Positions 1 through 13,499 of a DNA stretch of 64,000 bases are shown here, piece by piece. Source of the stretch: Octopus sinensis. Lineage: Eukaryota. The notes below the pieces were generated by a model. The model was not told where the DNA came from and searched no databases. It worked only from the letters and a program-made list of their open reading frames with translations. A program made the translations under genes and the position numbers. How positions within the stretch are numbered: position 1 is the stretch's first letter; every line of letters starts with the position of its first letter. The stretch covers positions 183,145-247,144 of the forward strand of contig NW_021832440.1 in assembly GCF_006345805.1 (NCBI RefSeq), given 5' to 3'.

Positions 1-1660
1 CATGTTCATAGACGACATTAAGCTGTTCGCTCGGTCTTCAGAGATCCTTCACTCAATGGGTAAAGTCCTGAAAGGTTTCATGAAGGCCGTGGGGTTGGAG
101 CTCAACTACAACAAGTCGGCGACTAACACCCCTGTGTGTGGTGACCTAGTCAAAGTCTTGGAGGAACACCAAGGATATAAGTATCTTGGTGTGGTTGAGA
201 GTCCAGCCTCATTAATCACACCCGAAACGAGAAAGTGTGTAGTGGAGGGTGTGCGTAGTAGGGCGGCAATGTTATGTAAGACTCGGCTAATGCACGGAAC
301 TTATTTCATGCCTTGAACGAGTATGCCATCTCATTGCTAAACTACTACGTTGGCCTGATCGAATTCGAGCCGAGTGAGTACGATGAAATGGACCTTATTG
401 TCCGAAGAGTACTCCGAGAGAATCATGTCCACGTGTTGGCAAGCAATAAGGAGAGATTGTACTTGTCTCGCGGGCAGCTAGGACGTGGACTGAGTAACAT
501 CGTACACTTAAGTGAGCGAATTCTTACTAAGATGCACGACACCTTGTGGAGTGGGTCGAGTGTATCCCAAAGGAAGGCTGCCATCCTTGCTGCTGAAAAA
601 GCGCGTGGTACACACCTAGGGACCATAAAAGGCTATGTGTCGGCTAAGTATGGTCTAGGTGCTACCCAAGTTAATGTGAAGGAGTTGATCAAACTTCAAA
701 AGGAGTCTTTAATTAAAAAGATCAACTTAAAAGTCCTTCACAAGACTCTCTTTAGCAGCCTGGACAACCCGCACATTGACGTATCGTCGTCATCTACGTG
801 GCTGAAATATGGGAATAACTCTCCCCGATCAGAAGGGTTGTTCTCATATTTGCAGGATAGAAACTTTTTTAATGGTCAACGGAAACAGTGTAACCACTGT
901 AAGAGTAAGGCAATGACCGTTGACCATTTAGCCACGAAGTGCGGGAGTATGCTTTACCATGATTACACATGGAGGCATAACGAGGTGGTGAGGTCCCTCC
1001 ATCTTTTGCTCTGCAATAAGTACGGCTTGAGGCGGTCCAGAAAGTTGCGAACCCATCGAGTTCAATCGGTGTGTGAGAACTCGCGGGTGTGCATTAAGGT
1101 GGATACCCCCATACGCACCTCGATTGTTGTCCAGCACAACAGACCCGACATTGTGGTCCACGATAAGGGGAGATTGTTATCGTGGAGGTGGGCATCACGT
1201 GCCTAGACCGTTTGCAGATAGTGGAAGTGGAGAAAAGGAGGAAGTATGACCTCCTTGCAAACGAGCTAGGACTGATGCACCAGTGCAAAGTCCATGTCAT
1301 CCCGTGTGTGATGACATGGGATGGACTGGTCACCAAATACCACAAGCGGTACTTAAGACAGTTGGATGTAGATAAGTCTCTACAGGCTTATATACAGTCA
1401 ACTGTTCTTAAGAGGACTCTGGAGAGTGTTTCGTTTGATGCTCGCCGATCCAGCCCTTTCCTGACGTTTAGTCAGCAAGAGGCGCTGGACTGCACCTTCT
1501 CGAAGGTCTACAGTGCCAGAGAAGAGGAGGAAGAAGGGGAGGAGGTGCGTGGAGTGCCGCCTTCTGCTCACTTCGAAGGCTCTGGACTTAGTTAGTAAAA
1601 TTACTTAGTTAATTAGTTTCTTTCTTAATAAAAATAAAAAGTAAAAAAAAAAAAAAATAA
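1..1660 (+). mobile_element. Non-LTR retrotransposon, restriction-like endonuclease (RLE; R2/R4/NeSL-like) type, 3' part
   Basis: ORFs 2-316, 313-1206 and 1182-1595 read in order as: RT domain end (FIDDIKLF, GYKYLG), CCHC knuckle (CNHC..DHLATKC), RHNEV motif and PD-(D/E)xK nuclease (RPDIVV..EVGIT..EK..KY). Two frameshifts. An A-rich tail follows at ~1630-1660. Runs off the window start. Confidence 0.85.
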
Positions 1661-1989
1661 ATTATTTTATGGGATTCAATGGAAAACTTAAGTTATTTCA
1701 ATTTTAATTTTAAATCATGTTAAAATTTTAAATAATTTAAAAAAAAAAAAAAAAAAAAAAAATTTAATAAATATATTTGTTGATGACAGGCTTGTTAGGC
1801 GTCAAAGTCGCTCTCAGCGCTCGCGACATAATCTTTTCAACTTTTTAGAACTTTTTTATTAATAAGATTTTATTTTTTTATTATCAATATTTTTTTGCAA
1901 TGAAATGTTTTGTAGGAAAAATATTTGTTTTGTATTTAGATAATTGACCTGACCAATCTGGCGCCCCGGCCGGTCTGGACGGTGACATT

Positions 1990-2900
1990 AAATGTTAAAG
2001 AATCAGTTTTTTAGTTGAAAAAATATAGTATTTCTTTTTTGTCCATATACTCTTACTCTAACACCGAATTTCCCGAAAAACGTTAATTTTGCTCATTTAG
2101 TATATAATTGTGCATTTAAAATAAAAGTAAATTATTTCGAAGTCAACAAATGATTGCTTGTGTCGAACCATTAGTTGTAAAAACAATTATCGAAGACAAT
2201 TATTTAAAGAAATTGGGTACCCACCAGAACCAATAGTTAAGAAATGAGGGAGCTGGCTTATAGCTGTTTTTTTACTATACTACAAACTTGCCAAATGTTA
2301 TACACTTCCTTCGAAGGAGATTTTTTGCTTATTAAAAGAGTGAAAGAATGTTTATTTAGTTAACAACTTCATGAAGATCTAACGACGCTAATATCACAAT
2401 ATTCACCGTTATTACATTTGCTTGATGATTTAGAATCGACCAATTTTACTATAAAAAAGCATTCAATTATTTAAAAACATTGGATTTTAAAGAAGACGTG
2501 TGTGGAATAAAAAATTATATTATCGAAAGGATGAATTCCAATGATATCACAAAAATTGTGAATTTCGATGATCATTCCATTTCACCTTTAGATTATTCTT
2601 TGTTGATTGAATGTCAGGCAACATCGTGCGCAGTAGAACGATCATTTTCGATTCTTAACAAAATCTTAACCAAGGATAGGAATTTTAAAGTGGATAATGT
2701 AAAATATTACTTAATTGTAAATAACTCGATAAACGATGAATAAAAATACTTTAAATTTTCATAAACGTAGTTTATATATGAAAATAAAGTAGTATTTTTA
2801 CGGTCAATTATTTGGTCAATTTTTAAAATTTTAAGGTCAATTACATTGACTTTTTAAGGGAAATTTTTATTTTTTTAAGTCAATAAAAATGTTGCTCTAG
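1990..2900 (+). mobile_element. Degenerate hAT-superfamily transposase relic
   Basis: A PPEPIV..(R)WGSWL-like motif at ~2221-2260 and a C-terminal dimerisation motif SCAVERSFSILNKIL in ORF 2480-2743; many stops. Confidence 0.6.
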
Positions 2901-3009
2901 TTATTAGATTTACTTGATGATTTAGAATCGACCAATCTTACTATAAATAGAGCATAAAATTTTTTTTAAATTAGAATTCAAAAACTGAACACGTATTTAA
3001 TTAGTAGCA

Positions 3010-3125
3010 GAGGATAAGATGGAATGGCAATTCCCACGCAAAATGGCTATTGATATGCGTTGGAAAAGCCATGTCCGTTCCCGATGATCATTTCTCCTTC
3101 TGCTTGCCAGGTCCCCCAGTTTAAT
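3010..3125 (-). mobile_element. 3' terminal fragment of a CRE-like non-LTR element
   Basis: The minus strand translates NDHRERTWLFQRISIAILRGNCHSIL, the same C-terminal motif as at 25567-25700 and 43440-43710. Confidence 0.55.
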
Positions 3126-3129
3126 AAGT

Positions 3130-3390
3130 TAAATGATGATATCCTGCACTTTCAAGGAATTCCGAAGAATATCCTTTCCTTTGACCGATGATATGTTATT
3201 GGCCCACAAGAAAATAAATTTTATGATATCCTCCAAAGGTACTCTGGCTCCCTCTAGCCAAGTTCCTGTACATTTTTACAACGTATTTTATACCGGCTTT
3301 CAATCCAGAACTAGTTCTGCACTCTCTTTTGTGACAATACCATAACGGTGGCGTCTTTTGGTAAATTGAACAGGTTGAGTTCACGTCACA
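3130..3390 (-). mobile_element. N-terminal fragment of a Merlin/ISXO2-type transposase
   Basis: WYCHKRECR..SGLK then, after a frameshift, GTWLEGARVPLEDIIKFIFLWA. This resembles the Zn-ribbon/SIRxGTWF region seen in the Merlin element at 51639-52992. Confidence 0.5.
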
Positions 3391-3479
3391 TTTAAATTTA
3401 TAACACGTGGGATTATTATTTTATTTTATTGTAATTAATTATAAAACACATATATTATCACTGGAAAAAATAGTATTAT

Positions 3480-5135
3480 TTTGAAACTCGCTAAAAAGTG
3501 GCTGTAGACTACTACAAAAGTACCGGAATTTTTTAGTTCTGGGACCGAGGACTCCCGACGTCTCCACTGCGGTGAGATAATGCACTGTATTTCTTGATTT
3601 TTAGCGTTTCGGCCAGGTTAGCTGCGGAGCCCGGCTCTGCGGCCATTTTCGAAAGGGAAAGTCGTTAGGCCGTCAGGACGTTTACCATCCTCCCGAACCT
3701 GGCCGACCGGTTCCAACTGTGATGGGAATCCGGCAGTTTCAAGGGTCCGCTTAACTATGTCGTTCAGGGCAATGTGTCGGGGAAAGCGTCCGGAGCTTTT
3801 CTGGCACGATAATGGGTGCAATTCAAAGGGGTCAACAGTCGATCCACAGCGGCACCGGTGTTTTCGGCATACGTTTAGTCCCAGGCGCAATGAGACGACG
3901 ATCCTCAGGCAATCGTCGTTCAATAAGGTTCCAATAGATCCCATAGGGATAGCGGTCAACCAAGCCCCCGAATATGGTTGCGAGGGAGCCAATAAACAAG
4001 CCAAGTGATGTTGGTTAAACTTAGGCTTGAGGTTGTTCGACTTCTGATCACAGAGAATCCTGTCCCATTCGTCTTGTGCGTGTGTATTCTGTGGAAGCTC
4101 AAGAGACATCCCAAGCCAGCGACTTTCTGCGGCGACTGACTCTGAGTCCATAGGAGATTCGGTAACGGGTTGGAGAATCTCTTGGACAAGGGTGCTCGTG
4201 GCATGTGTAGGAGAAAGAAATGCTGGCAAAGAAAGGTCAGTGGCTGACCGCACACCGATGCCGCCACGACCGATGGGGAGTGTTGCCTGTTCCCAGCCAA
4301 GATCGTCAAAGAAGGCATTACATATTGATTCGAGGCAAGTCCTGAGAGCATGGTCGAATCTGGAGAGGCTTTCGGGATTGGCAAAGCATGGAGCGCTTCT
4401 AAGTGTAAACAATAGTTTGGGGATGGCGAAACAGTTCCTCAATAGAAACAGGGCCGAATGGGAATCGATGATACCAAGATTACGGGACATTGATACAAGG
4501 TTTGGTGTTTTTTCTGATAATATCCAAACGACACCGGTGTTAAAAATCGGGGAACCCAGAATCTTGAGATTACTGGGCGAGGTGACATGGATGTTGGGAA
4601 GTAATGATTCGATAGAACCATGGGCAACGGAGAAACGGTAGACATCATAACTGATGTTAAAGATTTCAGATTTTGGGGAATTGATTTCGAGGCCAATTGC
4701 GTTTAATGCAGAAATTAAAACTCTCAGGTCGTCAAGAACGGATTCGAGAGTACCTCCGATAGTGGCATCGTCCAAATACCACGCATTGAAAACGAAGGAT
4801 ACACTTCTGGCAACGGGATCGATTGCCAGGGCAAAGAGAAGAGGACCCAGAGGGTCGCTTTGTTGGACACCGTTGCAGGACGAGATTGAGTGATCGCCAG
4901 CGATAAGGAGGCTGGGGCGACCGTAAGTCAATGCGACCAGGCGGGCAATAAAAGGTGAACGCCGGATAATAGATTCAAATACTACGTCCCGACGAACGCT
5001 GTTAAAGGCGTTAATCAGGACCAGCTTGACTAGAAGGCAAGGGTTATTCGGCCTATTTTGTGAGGCGGAAATGAGCTTCCTTGTTGCATGGACTACGGCT
5101 TCACAGCCGCCTTGGACGCCGACTCCAAGTTGTAT
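3480..5135 (-). mobile_element. CRE-clade-like non-LTR retrotransposon (RT + Zn finger + RLE), 5' truncated
   Basis: ORF 3618-4931 has GVQQSDPLGPLLF, WYLDD, CRCG..HPLSC..RH and GKRPDGLT. Downstream frameshifted sequence gives AVETSGVLGP. Confidence 0.85.
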
Positions 5136-5139
5136 TGGG

Positions 5140-5350
5140 CAAAATTATTTGAAAAATTGGATTTTAAAAAAGACGATTGTGGAATACAAAATTAAAATTA
5201 ACAAAAGGATGAATTTTAATGATATCACAAAAATAAAGAATTTTAATAATCATTTCATTTTCGGATTTTTCTTTTTTGATTAAATGTCAGACTGCATCCT
5301 GCTCAGTGGAACGATCATTTTCGATTCTAAACAAAATCAATAAAAATGTT
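5140..5350 (+). mobile_element. Second fragment of the hAT-like relic
   Basis: Clear nucleotide similarity to ~2450-2670 (ttggattttaaa.aagac..., gaacgatcattttcgattct..acaaaat). Confidence 0.55.
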
Positions 5351-5707
5351 GCCCTAATTATTACGCATAAAATTAATAACAGCTTAGATAAACAATCAGA
5401 TATTTAGTTGACGTTAGCTTTTTATTCGTCATTTAATATTGGGATTTTAATTATACATTAATTTCTTTTTACACAAAGCAACAATTTTTGATTCTTTCTA
5501 AAAACCACAGATTATCAAGATAAGTGGATTTTTAATTCAAGGTTAATGTTAAATACTTTAATTATTATAACGTTGAAGTTAATTTCAAATATTATAAAAT
5601 CTCTTTTCCACTCTCCAAATATCAATAAATTGCCTAAAACATACTCGCTATAATTTTATCTTTTAATCATAAACGCAGGAAATATAATTGTTCACATAAA
5701 AATTGAT

Positions 5708-5749
<42 letters not shown>

Positions 5750-5760
5750 TATATTGTGGT

Positions 5761-8097
5761 ATGGACCTTGTAAATAACAAATTGGAATATAATTTGAACA
5801 TCGATTTGGAACTAGCTGACCTTCCCTTTCCAGGTGACCAAAATCTAGACAAGCAGCTGATATCGCCAATGATGACTTCTCCTTCTTTCCCTGAAGGAGG
5901 GTTTGGATGGTTAACAGTTATCGCCGCCTTTTTCTTAAATTTTACGGTGGATGGGATTATTGGTTCTGCTGGAATTGTCTTGCCCGAACTTCAGCGTTAC
6001 TACAACAGTTCGATCGAAGAAACAACATTAGTCGTGTCTTTGCTCATTCTCTTTACATACATTTCGTGTATTACTTTTGACTAACTAAATCTTCTTACAT
6101 AGCTCCAGTGACTGTTATCTTGATGGATAAACTAAAACCGCGAACTATTGTAATATTCTTTGGATTGATTGCTACTCTGTCAATGACATTGACTTATTTC
6201 GTTGTTTCCGTGAAACTCGCTGCCTTCACATTTGGAATACTTCCAGGTAACAAAAGTTCAATTTACTAAATTTTAGGCATCTCTTTCAGTATGTGTATAA
6301 TGTGTGCTCAAGTTATGATTAGTCTTTATTTTGATAAAAAACGGGCTTTGGCTTACAGTATTACAGGAGTCGGCGGCGGACTAGGATCCATTCTAATGCC
6401 CTTTCTAACTTCTACGATTGTTAAAATGCATGGATTTAGAGTCATTTTCTTTTTTTGGGGAGGACTTTGCTTTTTATTGTTTATTCTTGGACCATTATAT
6501 TTCCCTCTAAAATTGGCCAAGGATACCGAAAACGATCTCAAAAATCAACCAGATGAAACAATTGCTGATTTGGATGGTGATTCTTCTGCAGTAAATATGA
6601 GAGATCTGGGAAACGTCAGCATTGATCCTTGGTTAGAAACCACGAATCTTATTTCAGTAAAGAATCATTCGATGTGGATCAATTTTATCCTATTGAGAAA
6701 AGGTCAACCGACACTATCATTTGCAGCGACTCCAAGCCTCGAAAAATAAATTTCAAGACTTATTATCAGCAAAAAACAAAAGTTTTTATTTCTTAGATTG
6801 TTGGTAGAAAATTTATGAGAACTTTTCTTTTATGAATAATTTGAACAGAAACGCAACTTTTACCACGAAACCTGGAATATTTAGACAGGTCTCGACTGCC
6901 AAAGAATTGGAAGAGATATACAACGTCCTTAGTTCCCGACATAACTATGTTCCAAAAACCACTCCACAAAAGATCAATCATTTAAAGTCAAACGAAACTA
7001 GTTTTTATAATCAAGTCGTCAATTGCTATAATGGTAATTCAACATTCTCTGGTTTACTCTGTCGAATTAACGACGTAATTGAACGCTCGAAATCAAGAAA
7101 GAGAAATATCAAATTTAATAGTCACAGCGAAGGAGATATTTTCAGACTAAAATACGAAGATAAAAACATAATCGCTTCAGATAATCCTTTTATTGACAAA
7201 CAAACATTTAATTTCCTTAAGAAATGGATTGAAAACATGATGCTGAAACCTATGAACAGAGCAGATATATTTTACAAAGGATCTAGAAAACAAATGATGG
7301 AGGAAGGACTATTGAATGATGAATCCGATTTTCTCAATATCATCCACGTTCCTAAAATAGAAATACACAAGACTATTTTTGGCAATTTTACACATATCCT
7401 GTCTATTGTACTTGACTGGTCCATTTTCCGACTTGCTCGTCTCGTTCTTTATTATGTCTCCATCAGTTTGTTTAGTTGGGCCTCGTTTATTCTTATGGTT
7501 TTTATCGTACTTTTTGCAGAGGAATTTACGACTTTGGCGCAATACTTGCCATCTATCATTGGTTAATCTTAATATTATATTTTTAGGAGGAGGATCAGTA
7601 CTTGGGCAGCTCTTTTGCGGAGTGTTTGTTAGTATTTACGGAGTCACTCCGTTCAGGTTGAGTGAATTTGCTTTCTATCTCTCTGCCGTTTCTTGTGCTG
7701 TCATTGCTTTATTAGAAGGACATTTCTATCCATTAGCCGTGGTTTGCTTGTTTTTTGGTTTTACATATGGTCTGTAATTTTTTCTAAATATTTTTAGGGA
7801 TTTTATTGACTACGTGGCAGTCTATTTTGAGTGAAATTGTTGGTCTTCGAAGACTCACTTCTTCTCTATCCTTTTATCTTTTTTTCAAAGGAATATCCGT
7901 TTTTATTGGATTATCCACTTCAAGTTTACTCTCCATGTTTATTGTCATTTTTAGGCATGTTAAGCAAAAATATTGGCCTTAAAAACACATTTTATTTCGC
8001 ATCTGTTTTGCTTTTTGTATCAGCTATTGTACAGTCAAGTATGAGATGCATTAAATCTGATAAGTCTGATTTAAAAAATACTCAAATTTTATCTTAA
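5761..8097 (+). CDS. MFS transporter, monocarboxylate transporter (SLC16/MCT) family; multi-exon
   Basis: TM1 motif PEGGFGWLTV, YFDKKRALA loop and a long central loop. Frame is restored by GT-AG introns 6068-6102 (35 nt), 6247-6276 (30), 7562-7586 (25), 7770-7797 (28) and others not fully resolved. Confidence 0.9.
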
Positions 8098-8239
8098 AGA
8101 TTAATTTTAACTCGTAATTAATTTTTTGTTAACTCATCAAAGTTTATTCGATTTTAATTTTGAAATATATTAAAGAAGGAATTAAAAGTTAGATTAATTA
8201 AATTTCCTTTTTATCGAGCTGCTTAGGTCAAACAGATGT

Positions 8240-8700
8240 CAGAGAATACAAGTTCCCATTTAGATACCTGCTGAATGGAGTCCCGCAAGGCTCAGTGCTA
8301 TCGCCAACTTTCTTAAAGTTCTATTTAAGTGACGCACCAGTCACCAAGAATAAATTACTAGTCTCATTTGCCGACGACATAATCATTGCATCAAGAGATA
8401 GTAATCTATCAATGGCCACAAATTACTTACAATTTATCTGGATTCTATTGCTGCTTGATTATAAATCAAGCAGCTATCCATTTCAACATCTAAATCGAAC
8501 TAAACGCTCTTCACGACGAAACGTGATCTCAATCATGAACTCTTTGTATTTGAGAATCGTTTACCCATAAAAAAAACCCTAAATTTCGGATTTCATGAAC
8601 AATCTCTGAGTTTCCTACTTACATGAATACGATATTTACTAAAGCCAGGCGCAAGCTGAACGCATTACGTGCAGTCTATGGTTATTCTTTTGGATAAGAT
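8240..8700 (+). mobile_element. Degenerate LINE reverse-transcriptase fragment
   Basis: NGVPQGSVLSPT and FADD motifs; frameshifted and truncated. Confidence 0.65.
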
Positions 8701-9479
8701 TTTTGAAGAAAGTTGTTTGCAGCTAGCATGTGAGAGGAGTAAAGCAACGTAAATATATAAGTATTTATGCCTTAAATATTTTTCAAAAATGGCAAACTTC
8801 ATTTTTTAGAATTCCGCCTTATAGTTATCCTTATGGTAGAATTAGTTATTTTCAAAATATAAATAAACAGGATTAGTTAGCTTTTTTAATTCTCATTGTT
8901 CATTAAGTTTTAATTAACCTAGATTTATTATAAAATAAGCATATAAATATAAAATGTTTGATTTTATAATTAATTGAGTTTTTTTATTAGACAGAGATAA
9001 AAACACAGACAAAAATTATATAGAACTGCCGGCGTAAGATGGCCTGGCGGTTCCCCCGGAAGATCGCAAATGAGACTCTTCGGAGAAGATGCCGAGTATC
9101 GTAATTAATTAATTCTTAAAATTAGAAAGATTGAAAAAATCCTTAAAAAAGATAATTTTATTTTTGCTTATTGTTTTTTTAGTTTAAGCAAAAAACAACT
9201 TTTTGTTGTTAATTCGATTATCGATTTTTTAACTGTGATTTGTTTCGGAGTTTAACAGCAACCGCTTTTTTTCAACTTCGCCTCATTAAAAAGCGGTCAA
9301 AATAAATAATCCTTAAATAGATATAATTTTATAGTTTTCTCTCTAATTCTGAGAGAGTGTTGGGTAAAACATGAATCCGTGCGAAATTGATTTGATTGGA
9401 TAATAAGGTGATTGGTGCTGAGGACACAACTGCTGATTTTGGAAACGACATCATTATTGAGATTATTATTCAGCCGTTA

Positions 9480-10720
9480 AATTGGAAGATCTGTGGATGT
9501 TATGGCATATAATAACTTTTTCTTGAAAAAATTCTTTGCAGTACACAATGACCTCTGTAAGAAAGTTGTAAGTAGTTCTTTGTCGAAATGACCTATCTCA
9601 TTCTAAAAAAAGAAATTTGTGACTCACCTAACAACCTGAGGCCAATTATTTGCATGGAAAATATATATTAACTTGTAACATGTGTGAACAACAAATTGAG
9701 GACCTACATTGAATTATTCATTAAGCTAAATTTTTATCAAAAAGAAATTGGTGAAGTTAGAATGAAGAGGGATGGTTTGCAAGGTGATTCTTTATCGCCG
9801 CAAATCTTTGTGCTCGTCCTGGACCCCCTGAGTAGAATATTGAATGCAAATTTCCAAATGTATTAAGAACGCTCAGATATACTTAACGAACCACTTGTTA
9901 TTAATGGACGACCTAAAAGTGTTTGCACGGGAGGATGACACTGTAATTAGGTTGATGGCCGAGGTTGATAAATTCTTTCAAGCAACCCCATTGGACCAAA
10001 ATGTTGAAAAGTCTGAAACTAATCTTGAGAGGTTGAGTAAAAAAGCCACCCTGTTTGACAAAATAAATAATTATCGTTACTTTTGAGTATTGGAAAACAT
10101 GGATAGCAGCGTCCTGAAAAATAATACGATGACTTTAATCTCGGATGCAGTTAAAAGTAGGATTAATAGCCCGGCAGATTTGAAACTGAATTATGAAATT
10201 TTTTAAGGCTGTTAATGAGCATGCATTGTCGTTATATAAGTACGTATCCGGCTCACTGATATCGAACCATGTGAATTTGAAAATATTGGAAAGAATCTGC
10301 GCAAGATACGCCACTGAGCACGCATGAAACCTGGAAACAAAGATAGACTTTATTTTCTAACAGACCGACTAGGAGAGGGATTGGTTTCTGTGATGCATAA
10401 AAGTAAGCGAATGTTTCCCCAATCTGAACTCTCCAAGATCGGAGGGAATGCTGTGTATGATTCAGGACTGCAACGTATTTTTTGACAGCAGTGTTAGTAG
10501 TTGCAACCGTCGTATCATTGGTTCTCACAGGGATAGAATAATATTTAATTTTACAAGCACTATCATAAAAGTCGAAGATTCAACTCGTGTCTATGTCCAG
10601 ACGATCGTGATTAAAAAGACAAAAGAAAGCATGCGTCCGAAACACAAACTTTTAGCTACGCCGGCGAATCACCTAACAAGTTTCGCAATGAATGTTGGGA
10701 CAATCAATGAGCGACTGAAA
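9480..10720 (+). mobile_element. Degenerate RLE-type non-LTR retrotransposon related to the element at 1-1660
   Basis: NNLRPIIC, GLQGDSLSPQIFVL, NHLLLMDDLKVF, AVNEHALS-like and RLYF..T.LGRG-like motifs in colinear order, with many stops and frameshifts. Confidence 0.75.
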
Positions 10721-10923
10721 TAGACCCACTACGAGATATTAGTGGAACCTGTATTCCAGCCCATGAGCCTGAAAATAGGAAACGGCAAAGAAAATGAAGT
10801 TGAAATCAATACTATTTGGAAAAGATATTATTCCACTTTTAAAATTCCATTAATTTTTTTAAATCGTTAATTAGTAATTTAAAGATAAATAAATTATAAC
10901 GGGATGATGTGTACGTATTAAGA

Positions 10924-11482
10924 ATGGTAAGACTAAAAATCATCATTTGGATAGAACTGTGACAGAATCATTGAAAGACTAACAATATACTCAAAATTAA
11001 GATGGTTTTGTACATCACTTCTACTTCTATGCTTTGCATTGCGTATCATAATCGGTCAAGGCTGGTACGTGGTTGCCTATATTTTGGGCCTCCATTTGCT
11101 GAAATGGTTTGTTGAATTTATTTCTCCACGTTTTTTACCTGATGATAATTATAACCTCCCAAATCAAGTGGAAAAAGAATTTCGACCATTTGTAAGAATA
11201 CTTCCTGAATTCAAATTCTGGTAAATTTGTTTATTTTTTTTTGGTTGCGAGGAACTACATCCATTTCCATCGGACTCGTTTTGACTTTATTTAACTTTCT
11301 CGATATACCTGTATATGTTCCTATTCTTGCGGGCTACTTTCTCTTCTTATTATTTTTTACACTTTTCGGGCGTGTTAAGGTAATCAATGTAATTGTTTTT
11401 TTAGCATATGATCAATCACGGATACCTTCCCTTCGACGTTGGCAAGACAAAGTACACTCCAATTGACATTACAAGTATTTGA
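10924..11482 (+). CDS. RER1: ER retrieval receptor Rer1
   Basis: Spliced product MNCDRIIERLTIYSKLRW..QGWYVVAYILG..EFRPFVRILPEFKFW..DIPVYVPIL..KHMINHGYLPFDVGK. Introns are 10927-10954, 11221-11243 (ends TG, not AG) and 11380-11404. Confidence 0.92.
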
Positions 11483-11584
11483 ACTAATATTTTTTAATTT
11501 GATCTCGTTATACTAGTTCAAAATAATACTGAATCTATTTTACGTGTTCTATTCCGAATTTTTGATTCCATTGCAATGATAATA

Positions 11585-13330
11585 AGATCAATCAATCAAC
11601 AACTTTATTTAGGTAACAACGAATAGTATGTGGGGTAATAATTAATGAAACGGTAAGGCTTGCTTACCGACTTCTTCCGCGAAACAAAAAGAAAGGAGGG
11701 ACCCCAACCTCTCAGTATAGAATTACCTTTGCAGGTAAGTCCCAGTGACTGTTGACCAGAGTTTGTAGTTTTTGATGTTTTTTTCAACGATTTCCCCCAC
11801 CGTAGGCGTTTTAGCCTCGAGCCATGGGGGAATCGGCCATTCCAGGCTTTGGGAGTAGGCGATTTTTAACGCCAGTCTCCGAGTTTTCTCAAACTTCTCG
11901 ATAATGGAACTCCTCTTTCTAGAGAAGTACCATGCCTCTTTTCCAAATATAAGTCCTGGTAAGTACACCGTGTTAAAAACATAAAGGAAAGTATCTGGTT
12001 CCAGATTTAACTTTCTTAAGCAAAACAGTGCGTTTGTTGCTTTCTTTTTTTCGAATTTTCGCATTTTCAGTGTATTTACCATTTTCTTCAATTTGCAATC
12101 CCAGGTATTTTATTGAATGTTGTCGTGGTATGTTAGTAATCAGACAAGGTGAATTTTTAAGATTTCTACTTTCTGTGATTCTCAACAGGGCAGACTTCTC
12201 ACGTGCGACAACCAGCATGTTATTTCTGCACCAAACTTCGATTTCTTCCATATATGACAGCATTCGTTGTTCAGATAAGGCAGGTTTCGGTGAAGCATCG
12301 AGGATGACCACATCATCATTAGAATTTCCGTCCGTACATTGTTTGGGGAAGGTAGATTACTCATGACAATGTTAAATAACAGAGGACTGAGTACTGATCC
12401 CTGGGGGACACCTCTTTTTAATTTTAGCTCATCCGAGTCGTGGTTCAGTAAGCTTACCACCGATCGTCTGTCGCGGAGGAAGTCCTGTAACCATAGGAAC
12501 AGTTCTCTATCTATCTGACACTTCGCCAGATGTCTCAGAAGGCCAAAATGCCATACACTGTCGAATGCCTTCGAAATGTCAAGACAGGCCATCGTCAGAG
12601 ATCCCTTGGTATCCAGAGCCTTCATAATTAACGAATTTACCGTATAATGACAGTCCCCACAAGAGCGATTTCTGCGGAAACCCCACTGCACATTTTTTAG
12701 AATATTTTTGCTCTCCACATGTTCCGAGAGTCTCCACAGCATTATCCTTTCCATGATTCGGCTGATGGAAGGAATCAGGCTTATCGGCCTATAGCTTGTT
12801 GGCAAATAGCGAGGTTTTCCCGGCTTTAGTATCATCCTAACCTCCGTTAATTTCCAGGAGGAGGGGACGTATCCCAAATGAAGACTACAGGAGAAGAGAC
12901 ATCTCAAATATTCATAAAGTTCCCTCGGTGCTTCTTTGAACAATCGCATTGTTATCTTGTCTCTTCCCGGGGCATTATCCTTTGAGCATTTTATTGCGTC
13001 CTCCACGTCTTTGCAAGTTATAGCTTTCGTGCACAAAGGCAACAAGCTGAGGAGTCCATCCAATTCTTTTTTCATATGACACAGTGCTGGGCCAGATAAC
13101 TGTAAGTCCGGGTTGACCTCCTGAGTTTCTTTAAGACTGTCTCCAAATATATTTGGGATTTCTTCAAGAGAAGCGGGGGATCCATCTTGATTTAACAGTT
13201 TCGGTATTGTTTCCTCGGATTTTGAAGTGGATAATTTTCCGAAAACCTTCCAAAAGTTTGGATTTGCTTTATGTAATTTATTGCACTCAGCTTTCCATTT
13301 TTTATTCTCAGCAGCAATTGTGGTGAAACT
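11585..13330 (-). mobile_element. Jockey/CR1-group LINE, RT half, with 3' tail
   Basis: ORFs 12182-13390, 11973-12311 and 11723-12091 carry APGRD, YRPISL, QWGFR, LDISKAFDSV, GVPQGSVLSPLLF and IKYLG. The minus-strand 3' end has AATAAA followed by a (GATT)n microsatellite tail at ~11585-11612. Confidence 0.9.
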
Positions 13331-13499
13331 GATGGGAATGATAATAAGGTGAAACTGGTGGGAATGAAATATTCGTTTTATTTCAAACAATATTTTTACC
13401 AGAATTATATGTGGTACCGATAGTGTAAAAAGTTTTGTTTTTAAGAAAGTTTCTTCTCATTAAAAACCACCATACACTAAACTAAATTCCAAAGACAAT

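Noticed and set aside
300-1206. Overlapping ORF junctions at ~313 and ~1182 as programmed frameshifts
   Set aside because: RLE elements normally encode RT and nuclease in one ORF, no slippery site is evident, and 1-bp indels are common throughout this sequence.
3757-4893. Several 80-150 aa ORFs antisense to or overlapping the CRE RT
   Set aside because: These are shadow ORFs of a GC-richer coding strand with no motifs. The same applies to most short antisense ORFs in the track.
5711-5744. 34-nt poly(T) just upstream of the MCT start, and poly(A) runs at ~1640-1762
   Set aside because: Simple homopolymers or retroelement tails with unreliable length. The poly-Lys ORFs they create (5663-5869, 5667-5852) are artefacts.
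9020-9105. GC-rich island upstream of an RLE element as an HDV-like or hammerhead ribozyme
   Set aside because: I could not fit the P1-P4 nested pseudoknot or a CUGAUGA/GAAA core by eye. A covariance-model search would be needed.
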